The position numbers and the translations under genes are program-made. The notes beneath the pieces were generated by a model. It was not told the DNA's origin. It ran no database searches and saw only the letters and a list, made by a program, of their open reading frames with translations. Shown one piece after another: positions 55,021 to 64,000 of a DNA stretch of 64,000 nt (position 1 is its first letter; each line of letters begins with the position of its first letter). The stretch is from positions 1 through 64,000 of the IMG/VR virus record IMGVR_UViG_3300042934_000861, one strand, 5' to 3'. This stretch comes from a virus.

Positions 55021-56013
55021 ATGGCTGATACTGTAATTCCCGTAGCGCTCCGGCAAAAGGCCTGGGCGAAAGAAACTTGGACTGCTGCTGTAAAAGAAAG
55101 CTTTTTCGCTAACTTTATGGGTAAAACTTCTGACTCTTTAATTCAAATCAAAGAGGAACTGAAGAAAGAATCCGGTGACCAAATCACTATTTCCCTGCGC
55201 ATGCCGCTTTTGGGTGAAGGCGTTGAGGACGATGATGTGCTGGAAGGCAATGAAGAAGCCATGCAGTACTTTGACTTTTCTGTCCAAATCAACCAGCTTC
55301 GCCATGCAGTGCGATTGAAAGGCAAGATGGACGAGAAACGTACTGCTAAGAATTTAAGGGCAGAAGCAAAAGATGCTCTTAAAGATTGGTACACTGAAAA
55401 GATTGATAGCAAGATCTTTGGCGCTTTAGCTGCAAGTCCATCTGCTCGTCGGACTATTTACCCTGGAGCTGTCGTAGCCGCCAGTGCTCTAACTGATGCT
55501 GATAAATTTAGTACTGCGGTTATTTCTAAGGCTAAACGTGCTGCATCTAAACGTACTATTTATAACACAACCCATGTACTTCCTAAAATTCGCCCACTAA
55601 AGGTCAATGGTAAAAAGGCATATATTATGCTGATTACCTTAGAACAGCTGCGCGATTTGCGGAATGATCCGGTATGGGTGTCCGCGCAAGAGAATGCGAA
55701 TGTACGCGGTGAGGAAAATCCGATTCTTTCCGGATCTGAAGGCGTGTATGATGGCGTAATTATTTACGCACATGAAAGTGTGCCGGTGACTGCGACAGGT
55801 GCTTCTGGAGCCAATGTAGGACATGCTATGCTGCTCGGCGCTCAGGCCGGTGCCTTTGCTGTCGGCGGTGAACAAGAATGGAATGAAGAAACATTCGACT
55901 ACAAAAATAAGACAGGTTTTGAAGTTGGTTCTATTTTTGGTATTGCTAAATCAAAATTTGATTCTGAAGACTTTGCGGTTATTCACGTTCTTACCGGCAA
56001 CAAAGCTGACTAG
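55021..56013 (+). CDS. Major capsid protein (N4-gp56/DUF4043 type)
   Basis: ELKKESGDQIT..L, LEGNEE, INQLRHAV, NPI..G..G.YDGV, LLGAQA, DY.NK.G, DFAVI. Confidence 0.93.
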   Translation: MADTVIPVALRQKAWAKETWTAAVKESFFANFMGKTSDSLIQIKEELKKESGDQITISLRMPLLGEGVEDDDVLEGNEEAMQYFDFSVQINQLRHAVRLKGKMDEKRTAKNLRAEAKDALKDWYTEKIDSKIFGALAASPSARRTIYPGAVVAASALTDADKFSTAVISKAKRAASKRTIYNTTHVLPKIRPLKVNGKKAYIMLITLEQLRDLRNDPVWVSAQENANVRGEENPILSGSEGVYDGVIIYAHESVPVTATGASGANVGHAMLLGAQAGAFAVGGEQEWNEETFDYKNKTGFEVGSIFGIAKSKFDSEDFAVIHVLTGNKAD

Positions 56014-56023
56014 TTATGAAAAT

Positions 56024-56052
56024 GGCCAGGGTTTAATAGCCCTGGCCTATTT
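56024..56052 (+). terminator. Terminator after capsid gene
   Basis: GGCCAGGG-N8-CCCTGGCC-TATTT. Confidence 0.75.
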
Positions 56053-56072
56053 ACTATATAGGTGGTGAATAC

Positions 56073-56501
56073 ATGTCTATACTCAATAAACTAGTGATTA
56101 AAGTACGACTAAAGCTTAGAGATATGGATGCTGCTAAATATAGTGCTTATGAAGTTATGGACGCAATGAATGAGACAATTAGCGAACTACGGCAAGTGGT
56201 AAAGCTTTATTATAAAAAGTTGACTTTTCCCATTCCGGAACCAGCTAAGTTAAAAGCAGAGGATGAAACTGGTTGGCCGGATGATTTTGATAATCTTATA
56301 ATCGAACACTGCATAATTCTGTTGGCACCTGGGGATTACTCAGCCAAAGAAGAAGCGAAAGTGTATTGGAAAGGAAAAGTGATTAGCCTTGCCGGCACGA
56401 TGAGAAAGGAAAAAATCATGCAGGCAGATTGCTGGAATTTAAACTATAACGATGAAGTGGAGGAGGAAGAAGAGATAGTAGAGGAAGGTGAGGATGGTTA
56501 A
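56073..56501 (+). CDS. Head-tail adaptor-like protein
   Basis: L...VR..LRD....YS..E....MNE; follows capsid. Confidence 0.6.
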   Translation: MSILNKLVIKVRLKLRDMDAAKYSAYEVMDAMNETISELRQVVKLYYKKLTFPIPEPAKLKAEDETGWPDDFDNLIIEHCIILLAPGDYSAKEEAKVYWKGKVISLAGTMRKEKIMQADCWNLNYNDEVEEEEEIVEEGEDG

Positions 56502-59500
56502 TGAACTGGAATAAGCTACCGGCCTTTATTGATGATGCATTGATAACCTTAACCTCTATATGGAGTAGTCAAAAGGTCAGCGATGAAATAAACAAGGTTC
56601 AATCGAATGTAGATGGTCATGCTGGCCGTACAGACAATCCTCATAGTGTTACTGCTATTCAAGTAGGAGCAGAAACACCTTCAGGTGCGCAGGCTAAAGC
56701 AAATGTAGTACAGTCAAGTATAAATGCTCATACTGCGCGTATAGATAACCCGCATAGTGTTACAGCTGCTCAGGTAGGTGCGGAAACGCCTGCAGGTGCG
56801 CAGGCTAAAGCAAATGTTGTGCAGACCAATTTAGCTACGCACATTGCATCAGGAACTCATAGCTTTGTAACAGGGGTAACTGATAAGCCAAGTACTATTG
56901 GCGGCTACGGTATCACGAATGCCTACACGAAGACTGAGGTAACAAGCTTGCTTGCTGCTAAGGCAAATCTCGCAGCCACGTTAGCTGGCTACGGTATTAC
57001 TGATGCCTATACGAAGCCACAGGTAGATGCTAACATCGCAACGGCTGTAGCTGCACTTGTGAATAGTGCTCCGACCACACTGGATACCATAAATGAATTG
57101 GCGGAGGCTCTCGGTGATGATCCTAATTTCTCAACGACAGTGTTTAACTTAATCGGGACCAAACTTGGCTCCGATGAAGTTGTTACTGCTGCTACAGCTA
57201 ATAAGGTGCTTCGCCTAGATGCCAACGGTAAATTCCCGTGGGCTGTATTAGCTAATGTGCCGAGTTCCTTCACCCCTGCTGCCCATAATCAGGCATGGAG
57301 CACCATTACCGGCACGCCTACCACACTGGCAGGGTACGGAATCACCGATGCCTATACCAAAGCAGCAGCCGATGTGATAACCAATAACCACTTAAACAGC
57401 ACTGCGGCCCACACAGCTATGAATATTACCAATGCACCAGGTAGTATTGTTAAATCGGTAAACGTGCAGAACGCCTTAGACGAGCTGGCGAATTACAATG
57501 GATTTGCTAGTACACAAATCGGTGCAGAGCAAGGTGAGCTAGGTGTAGAAATTAAAGGCCGTACTTTGGTAAATTTGTTTGGGAGTGGAAATTATGAGGA
57601 TATGTTACTCTGGGCTGGATATCACGCTACTCTGGCACTCGACCAAACCAACGTTAGGTATGGATCGAGTAGAGTAAAAGTAACAATTAGTACAGGGTAC
57701 ACTTCTGGTTATCTTTTTAAAGCAATGACTGTGTATGTCGGTAAATACTATATATGCTTGGCTGATGTAATTAATGGCAATGCTACTAACGTAGGTGTGG
57801 CACCTAATACTTTTGGTGCAGGAAACCTAAATACTTCTACTACAGCTTATATGACTTCATATAAAAAATTTACTCCGTCAACAGAGATTACTACGGGAAT
57901 ACAGGTGGCTGTAAACGGCAGTGAAGGGCAATATGCTTATGTAGATGGATTTCGATTTTACGAGATAACTCAAGCAGAGTACAATGCTATTGATTCTATG
58001 ACAGAAGCTCAAGTAGCCGCTAAGTATCCTTATGTAGATTCAGTACAGTTTAAGAAAGATGTTCTTGTAACGCAAATAGGGAAAAATCTATTTGATCCTA
58101 CTAATGTTATACAAGGATACTATTTAACTACTGGAAATGTTGTATCAGTAGACGCTACAAACTGGTACAGCCCGTCTTATATAGCAGTAAAGCCTTCTAC
58201 CTCTTATTCACAAACTGCTGTAGGGCATAGTGTTCGTTTCTACGATAATAACTACAATTTCATATCTGCACTTCAAGGTGTTTCGACATTTACTACTCCT
58301 GCTAATTGTACGTATGTTAGAGTAACAGGCCCTGTAACAAGCCTTGCAACTTACCAACTCGAACTAGGCGCTGTAGCTACAAACTTTGAACCACAAGTAA
58401 AATCATATGCTCACACACCCATGCAAATAGCCGAAGGAGAAAGCGTATGGTTAACTCCTACTACTTCTGTGTATAAAGAAGTGTGGAAGAAGAATATTGT
58501 ATTAGATGGAAGCAGACCTTATATATTTGGCTCTACTTATACGGGGTTTAAGCGTATAACCTATAGGCTTGAGTATGTAGAAAAGTTTCCTCATAGCGTA
58601 ACAACTGAATTTCCATTTTGTACAAAATATGACTCTTCCGTACTAGGGAGAAACTTCTCTAGTTGGAGTTCTGGTGATTTATGTATACTGGATAACAGTG
58701 ATACTTATTCAACCTCAAGGGTACATATCAGTATTTCTAACACTGATACTGGGTGGGCAGACGATATGTCACCAACAGTGGATGACATAAAAGCCTACTT
58801 CTATGGCTGGAAAATGTGCGCTTCTAATGGCTCTACCTATGTATCAGGCACAAAATATTGGAAGAAGATCACGGACGGAACCGGAATAACTTCTACTGTA
58901 CCTACCGCAAGTTATGCTGGATATACTCCTTACGTTTTGCATTATAAACTTGCTACTCCTGTATATCACATTAATTACTATAATAATGATTCAACTAAGC
59001 CAATAATGAGCGCAGGAAGTGTAGTAAATATTCTGCAGGGAGTAACACAGGTAGAGCAGAAAAGCGGAGTAGTGTGGAGATCAACAGAAGCTATACTGTT
59101 ATCGTCCAGCTTATACTATTTCAATGGTGGAAGTGCATATGCTCTAAAGTACCGCGAAAAATCATTAGTTGATATCTATAAGAATGGAGCAAGCGATAGA
59201 AAAAACTGGTCATCAGGGGATATATCATTAACAAACAATACACGTGGATTACACTTTTATAATATCCCTCAGGCAAATTATGATACCACAGCAAGTTACA
59301 CAATAAGCTATGAACAACTCGACAAGTATTTATACACTGTTGATGCTTTTGCTATTGATAATCCTATTCCTACTCGTCAACGCAATTTCTCCTTAGATTC
59401 TACAGAGCAAAAGATAGCTTATTTTAAGATTAACAATGTCGATCTTGTTGGAGCTATGGGAGTAAGAAATCCATCTACTTTAGCTGACTACGGAATACTT

Positions 59501-61132
59501 GACGCATACACAAAAGATGGTGTAGATGCCACTGTAAATATTATAAGTACTTCTATAAATACTAAATTAAGTACAGCAAACTCTATAGGAGGAGTTATAT
59601 ACAACTATCGAGATGTAGCTTCATTTAGTAGCGCAGCAGCTACCACTACTGGGATACTAAAAATAATGTTGCCCGTAGGCTGGATTAACAGTTTAATGAC
59701 TATAGATATAAAAGGTTTTAATTATGTAACTGCCTCCACAAACTGGCACGCTACACTCGCAGGTCAAAACGCCAATACTACATCAACCTGGATTGCAACC
59801 TCTGCAACTCTAAGTCCCAATTGCCCAGTAACAAGTGTAAGATTCGGTTATGACACTGTAGCAGGGAAAGCTTGTATACTTCTCGGAACTGCGTCCTCAG
59901 TATGGCAGTATCCTAAAATATTAATAAGTGCTATGGTAGGGCATAACAGTCCTAGTGTTTATAGTAGTGGTTGGGGCGTAGGTATCATAACTGACGAAAC
60001 AGGCATAACAGTTAGTTCCACACCTACTATAAAAACGCTTGCTTATGTAGAAAGCGGAGCTTTAACTGTTAACAATGCTTCTACCGGAAACACTCGCTCT
60101 GGATACTTTAATAACACTGATTATGCAGCAGGAAATCGTAACTATATCCAAGTAAGGCAGCAAGTTGCGTCTGGTAGTAGCTATAGCGCAATGCTTGGCG
60201 TGGATAAGGATACCGGAAACGTATGGCTATCTAACGATGCAATTACTACACAACATTTAGCAATTTCCCCTGCTGGAAATGTTGGAATCGGAAAAACACC
60301 TACAGTAGCGTTAGATGTAAGTGGGGTCATAAATTCTGATGCGCTAATAAGCGTAATAAGGACAGCAAGCAATAATTCTGCGATAGTTAAAGTGCAAAAC
60401 GATTCCTCTAAGGCACTTTCTTTGATTAGTCTAGGAAGTACTTATGCCTCCCCTTACCACTCCTTAAAACCTAATACGACCTCCCTTTATACAAATGCAG
60501 AATTAGGAATAGAAGTTGACGCAAATGCGCCTATCACTTTTTGGACTAATGCTGCTGAACGTATGAGGATTAATGCAAGTGGTAATGTAGGAATAGGAGT
60601 CACAGACCCTAAAGCTACTCTCCATAGTACGGGAAGTACAATATTAGGGTGTGCGCCTGGTCCAGTATGGGCAGATATAGGGACTAGTCAACTTGCTATG
60701 TATGCTCAAGATGGGAGCATGTTTCTTAGTTGGAAAGATGCCGGAGGTCTACAAAGAACAGTTGGTCTTACCTGCCCTAGTGGAGTAATCAGCACAGTAT
60801 CAGGGACTAATTTATGGCTTTCTAGTGAATATACTCCTGTATTGAATACACCGACGACTGTAACCCATGGTTTGACTCTCGACCCAGTAAAATGTAAATG
60901 TGATGTTTTGTTAAAGTGCGCTGTTGCACAAGGCGGGTACTCTGTAGGGGATTACGCAATTGGAGCGATAAATAGCACAGGAAACGCAGAGTACAGTTTT
61001 ACTCCCGCACTAAACACAACAACTATTCAAGTTAATACAAGTGCAGGAATATATGCTATGACTAAAACCAATGGAACCCCTTTTCAATGTACCCCTGCTA
61101 ACTGGAGGTATATCTTTAGGATTTGGTATTAA
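56501..61132 (+). CDS. Large tail fibre / receptor-binding protein
   Basis: NPHSVTA repeats, TLAGYGITDAYTK repeats, APTTLDTINELAEALGDDPNF, CBM-like domains, GNVGIG repeats. Confidence 0.88.
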   Translation: MNWNKLPAFIDDALITLTSIWSSQKVSDEINKVQSNVDGHAGRTDNPHSVTAIQVGAETPSGAQAKANVVQSSINAHTARIDNPHSVTAAQVGAETPAGAQAKANVVQTNLATHIASGTHSFVTGVTDKPSTIGGYGITNAYTKTEVTSLLAAKANLAATLAGYGITDAYTKPQVDANIATAVAALVNSAPTTLDTINELAEALGDDPNFSTTVFNLIGTKLGSDEVVTAATANKVLRLDANGKFPWAVLANVPSSFTPAAHNQAWSTITGTPTTLAGYGITDAYTKAAADVITNNHLNSTAAHTAMNITNAPGSIVKSVNVQNALDELANYNGFASTQIGAEQGELGVEIKGRTLVNLFGSGNYEDMLLWAGYHATLALDQTNVRYGSSRVKVTISTGYTSGYLFKAMTVYVGKYYICLADVINGNATNVGVAPNTFGAGNLNTSTTAYMTSYKKFTPSTEITTGIQVAVNGSEGQYAYVDGFRFYEITQAEYNAIDSMTEAQVAAKYPYVDSVQFKKDVLVTQIGKNLFDPTNVIQGYYLTTGNVVSVDATNWYSPSYIAVKPSTSYSQTAVGHSVRFYDNNYNFISALQGVSTFTTPANCTYVRVTGPVTSLATYQLELGAVATNFEPQVKSYAHTPMQIAEGESVWLTPTTSVYKEVWKKNIVLDGSRPYIFGSTYTGFKRITYRLEYVEKFPHSVTTEFPFCTKYDSSVLGRNFSSWSSGDLCILDNSDTYSTSRVHISISNTDTGWADDMSPTVDDIKAYFYGWKMCASNGSTYVSGTKYWKKITDGTGITSTVPTASYAGYTPYVLHYKLATPVYHINYYNNDSTKPIMSAGSVVNILQGVTQVEQKSGVVWRSTEAILLSSSLYYFNGGSAYALKYREKSLVDIYKNGASDRKNWSSGDISLTNNTRGLHFYNIPQANYDTTASYTISYEQLDKYLYTVDAFAIDNPIPTRQRNFSLDSTEQKIAYFKINNVDLVGAMGVRNPSTLADYGILDAYTKDGVDATVNIISTSINTKLSTANSIGGVIYNYRDVASFSSAAATTTGILKIMLPVGWINSLMTIDIKGFNYVTASTNWHATLAGQNANTTSTWIATSATLSPNCPVTSVRFGYDTVAGKACILLGTASSVWQYPKILISAMVGHNSPSVYSSGWGVGIITDETGITVSSTPTIKTLAYVESGALTVNNASTGNTRSGYFNNTDYAAGNRNYIQVRQQVASGSSYSAMLGVDKDTGNVWLSNDAITTQHLAISPAGNVGIGKTPTVALDVSGVINSDALISVIRTASNNSAIVKVQNDSSKALSLISLGSTYASPYHSLKPNTTSLYTNAELGIEVDANAPITFWTNAAERMRINASGNVGIGVTDPKATLHSTGSTILGCAPGPVWADIGTSQLAMYAQDGSMFLSWKDAGGLQRTVGLTCPSGVISTVSGTNLWLSSEYTPVLNTPTTVTHGLTLDPVKCKCDVLLKCAVAQGGYSVGDYAIGAINSTGNAEYSFTPALNTTTIQVNTSAGIYAMTKTNGTPFQCTPANWRYIFRIWY
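56633..56824 (+). repeat. Intragenic tandem duplication, 111-bp period
   Basis: DNPHSVTA.QVGAETP.GAQAKANVVQ twice (56633, 56744). Confidence 0.85.
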
Positions 61133-61197
61133 AATTAAGGGGAATTACTTATGGCAATCAAATGTAAGTTCACAAGTATTCAAGGAGGCTTACTAAT

Positions 61198-61392
61198 ATG
61201 ACACCAGACCAGATTAAAGTTCAACTTTGTGATGTAATGCTGACCATGGAAGAGTTACACGGCCAGCTACAGTATTTATCACAGGTCAAGCAACAACTAC
61301 AGCAACAATTAAAAGAGGCTGTTAAAACTGAACAGCAGGAGGTGTTCCCCGTTGAAGAAGTTGTTACAACTGCTGAAGAAGATCCCGCCTGA
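61198..61392 (+). CDS. Small coiled-coil protein (possible fibre assembly factor)
   Basis: AAGGAGG RBS, follows fibre. Confidence 0.6.
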   Translation: MTPDQIKVQLCDVMLTMEELHGQLQYLSQVKQQLQQQLKEAVKTEQQEVFPVEEVVTTAEEDPA

Positions 61393-61600
61393 TAAGCTTA
61401 TACACTTGTTAGGCGGGTATTTTATTGCCTCGTTGTTTCCGGGGGATGTTGGCCTGTTGGTGGCAATATTAACCGGCATTGGTAAAGAAGTATATGACTA
61501 TAAAACAAAAACCGGCACGCCCGAATGGCGAGACGCTGCTTGCACTATTGCAGGCGGCGTTTTATATTGCGCAAAAGTGGCACTGTGGAGCCTACTATGA
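61352..61600 (+). CDS. Small VanZ/YfiM-like membrane protein
   Basis: DKLIH...GIGKEVYD...D...T.AGG. Confidence 0.7.
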   Translation: MKKLLQLLKKIPPDKLIHLLGGYFIASLFPGDVGLLVAILTGIGKEVYDYKTKTGTPEWRDAACTIAGGVLYCAKVALWSLL

Positions 61601-62334
61601 TTATCAGCAGCAATAGCGGTACTGGCAATCACACGAAAATGCTGCAGCAGTATGCCACACACATAAACGTCATAAATGATGCTCCTTCCGAATTGACGGT
61701 GACAGTAAGCGGACAGGTCGTAACGGTTCTTGGATTAGAACAATTTGAGGGTGATTTTGCTCCATTTATCACATTGTCTATTAGTGCTTCCGGACCATGG
61801 CGATATGTGATCGAGGCGTCTGAGTCCTTAATCGGTGATTCCTCTGCTACGCCTAACGGTGAGATCATCAAACGTATTAGAGAGTTGATTTCAGATAAGG
61901 ATGGTATCGAATTTGAAACAAGCGCGGTAGTTGGTTTCCTGAACAGCGCAATAGCCTGGTTGAGTTTGCAACTTATTCAAAATAACAATGTCGAAATGAT
62001 TAAAGAAATTGTCATAACGGATGGCGCAAATGTTCCTAATGACTATATAAAGCCATGCGGATTATATCCAGTCAAAAAGACAGGCAACACTTTCCGTTTC
62101 TTAGATGACTCCGAAACGCTTGAATTTCAGTACTTTGCTAACAGGCCGTATATCACCGTAAATGAAGCCGATGTTTTTTTGCCTACATATTCAGTATTCA
62201 AGCCAATATATGATGCTGTACTAATACAGAAAACAGCTATCCTTGCACTTAATCGCGACGAATACGATATTACACAAGATGAGGCACTATTAGCTCAGTC
62301 GTTACAGGCAATTGGGGTGATAGGCAGTGCCTAA
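61597..62334 (+). CDS. Virion adaptor-like protein
   Basis: IIKRIRELISD...FLNSAI domain after a beta-rich N-terminus. Confidence 0.65.
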   Translation: MIISSNSGTGNHTKMLQQYATHINVINDAPSELTVTVSGQVVTVLGLEQFEGDFAPFITLSISASGPWRYVIEASESLIGDSSATPNGEIIKRIRELISDKDGIEFETSAVVGFLNSAIAWLSLQLIQNNNVEMIKEIVITDGANVPNDYIKPCGLYPVKKTGNTFRFLDDSETLEFQYFANRPYITVNEADVFLPTYSVFKPIYDAVLIQKTAILALNRDEYDITQDEALLAQSLQAIGVIGSA

Positions 62335-63772
62335 ACGCTCATCTAAACATGCTAATGTGCAGCCTCTTTCAATTGACGATTATTCTGGAGGATTGCGATT
62401 AGATATTGCTCCTGTTTCAAATAAGTTCTTGCCGAACATGTTGCAAAAGTCAATGAATGTTGAACTTGACTATGTGACCGGTAAGCTAAAAGTTGTGGAC
62501 GGCTTAGTGTCGGTATTGAAGCTGCCTGCCAAAGCAGATACTTTGTTTTACAATTACAAGGATAATTATTTCTTGGTTAATTGCGGCCGGAGCCTTTACC
62601 GCTTAAATGGGAACATATCGCCTAAGACAGAGCCTGTTTTAGTGGGGCAATTGAACAGTATAAAGCGACCATCCTATGCGGTCTATGGCTCTTATACGGC
62701 TGTAGTAACCGGGAGTAAAGTGCAATATCTCGACTATGCGAATAGCTTTAAAGAGGCAGCAGCTTCACCTGTAGCTGATATGTGTTATGTTAGGTCTGGT
62801 AGATTAGGTATCTGTAATACTGGCAGTGATATTATAAATTGGTGTGGCACTGGTGACGTTGAGAATTGGAATTTTGGAACAGACAATGAGCAAAATGCCT
62901 GGTACGCCGAAGTCGGATATCAGGATGGTGGCGGCATTGTAGCCGTCAAAGAGCTATTCGGCAATATAATAGTTGTTAAGCGTTCCGGTAAAACGTTTAG
63001 GCTGACAGGGGATTATTACTGGCAAGCTTATGATGGCCCGAGTGGGGTTTATACAGTAGGGCAAAACGGTGTGATATTCGCCGGTAATGGACTGTACTAC
63101 ATCGGAAAAGATGGATTTAGCGCCATTGCCTTTAATTCTGGAGAGTACGGAACCTTGCGTTCATCTGAAGTAGGGGCAGCTGTCAACCAACTCCTGCTAC
63201 AAGGTGTCAGCCAAAATGCTAAGCTATGGGATGTACAGCCCAAAAAGCAAATATGGATTCGTGCTGATGAGATGGGTACTACCTATCTCTTTCACTATTT
63301 TTCGGGGGTTTTTACCGTTCGGAAATTTAGCCAACCAATAGCTGATGTTTGTCTGGTTGGTAATACGGTCTATGTTCTGGCCGGTGATACCATTTACCGG
63401 ATGGATGAGGATGCAGATACCGAATTGGACGGCAATCCTATCCAGATAGATGTAGAAGGAAAGATTTACACTACTTTAAATGAGTTTCTCATCAAGAGAA
63501 TAGCTGCTTCCATTGAAGCCCGCGGCGACGTGGATGCTAAGATTCAAATAGGTAAGTTAGAACTTCCCATACAATATACCGCACACAGTCCCTACGTTGC
63601 AGACTGCACTGGATACTTAGCCGATGCCGATTATCCCTTGTGGACGCTTACTAGATTAACTCCGGAGGAAAAACGTCAAAACTATCGCACAAAACAGTTT
63701 GCTATAAGAATTACCTCTACTAAAGGAGCCTTTTCGTTAAACAATATCACCTTAGAAGTGGTGGAGGTGTAA
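62327..63772 (+). CDS. Podovirus tail nozzle / DNA stabilisation protein
   Basis: DYSGGL...N, beta-propeller-like repeats; position after adaptor. Confidence 0.7.
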   Translation: MPKRSSKHANVQPLSIDDYSGGLRLDIAPVSNKFLPNMLQKSMNVELDYVTGKLKVVDGLVSVLKLPAKADTLFYNYKDNYFLVNCGRSLYRLNGNISPKTEPVLVGQLNSIKRPSYAVYGSYTAVVTGSKVQYLDYANSFKEAAASPVADMCYVRSGRLGICNTGSDIINWCGTGDVENWNFGTDNEQNAWYAEVGYQDGGGIVAVKELFGNIIVVKRSGKTFRLTGDYYWQAYDGPSGVYTVGQNGVIFAGNGLYYIGKDGFSAIAFNSGEYGTLRSSEVGAAVNQLLLQGVSQNAKLWDVQPKKQIWIRADEMGTTYLFHYFSGVFTVRKFSQPIADVCLVGNTVYVLAGDTIYRMDEDADTELDGNPIQIDVEGKIYTTLNEFLIKRIAASIEARGDVDAKIQIGKLELPIQYTAHSPYVADCTGYLADADYPLWTLTRLTPEEKRQNYRTKQFAIRITSTKGAFSLNNITLEVVEV

Positions 63773-63773
63773 T

Positions 63774-64000
63774 ATGGCTACTCAACAACAATTAGACACG
63801 CAAATTACGCCTGAGAGCTTAGAGCGCAACTTTACGTTATTGAATCGGATCTTAGCTGCTAATACTGTAAAAATGGGTCGGCTTGAGGATTTACTTACGG
63901 ACGAACAAAAGCAGAGAATAAAAGCTATGGAAGAATCTATTAAAAAGGTCAGCGCTTTTATAAGCCAGCGAATTAGTGAAATTAATAATCATGTGGACGA
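63774..64000 (+). CDS. Virion protein, 5' part only
   Basis: GGAGG RBS, MATQQQLDT..., open to window end. Confidence 0.6.
   Translation, partial: MATQQQLDTQITPESLERNFTLLNRILAANTVKMGRLEDLLTDEQKQRIKAMEESIKKVSAFISQRISEINNHVD

Larger units (their letters stand above)
1..64000. mobile_element. Temperate phage genome (podovirus-type morphogenesis genes), spanning attP
   Basis: Integrase, CI/Cro, replication, terminase, portal, capsid, fibre and endolysin genes; phage genes on both sides of the att core; no host housekeeping operons. Confidence 0.95.

Noticed and set aside
56501-61132. Diversity-generating retroelement or invertible fibre
   Set aside because: No reverse transcriptase, invertase or adenine-variant TR/VR pair seen in the window
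11909-61871. Many minus-strand and alternate-frame ORFs in the track (e.g. 12082-12480, 31970-32458, 48438-48971, 51474-51968)
   Set aside because: Shadows of well-supported plus-strand genes, no RBS or motifs

Overview
The whole window is one temperate phage genome, apparently in excised/circular form: phage lysis genes lie left and the integrase right of an intact attP whose core is the 3' part of a tRNA-Pro(GGG). The host is probably a spore-forming diderm Firmicute (Negativicutes/Sporomusaceae-like; inference). Gene order: end of lysis module (amidase, stand-alone NrdD-type glycyl-radical domain, TM + beta-anchor protein) - moron - ParM/ParR-like + FtsK/SpoIIIE + replication-relaxation + SpoIIIAC/AD-like operon - attP - tyrosine integrase - LexA box + small ORF - CI/Cro switch - long early operon (Sak, SMC-like ATPase, UvrD, beta clamp, two DNA methyltransferases, initiator with internal iterons, DnaC-like loader, two sporulation-type sigma factors, SSB, orphan AAA ATPase, MazG) - an inserted small-gene cassette with a divergent HTH regulator and a twister ribozyme - late activator, acyl carrier protein - terminases - a cluster containing Tad1- and gp49/Acb4-type nucleotide-signal sponges plus SpoVS - P22-like portal, scaffold, N4-gp56-type capsid, large fibre protein and podovirus-type tail parts. 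Most interesting: the candidate sporulation-linked DNA-transfer operon, the sponge cluster with uncharacterised neighbours, the ribozyme-punctuated cassette array, the NrdD 'spare-part'-like protein and a possible new spanin architecture. All family assignments are by eye from motifs; no searches were run.
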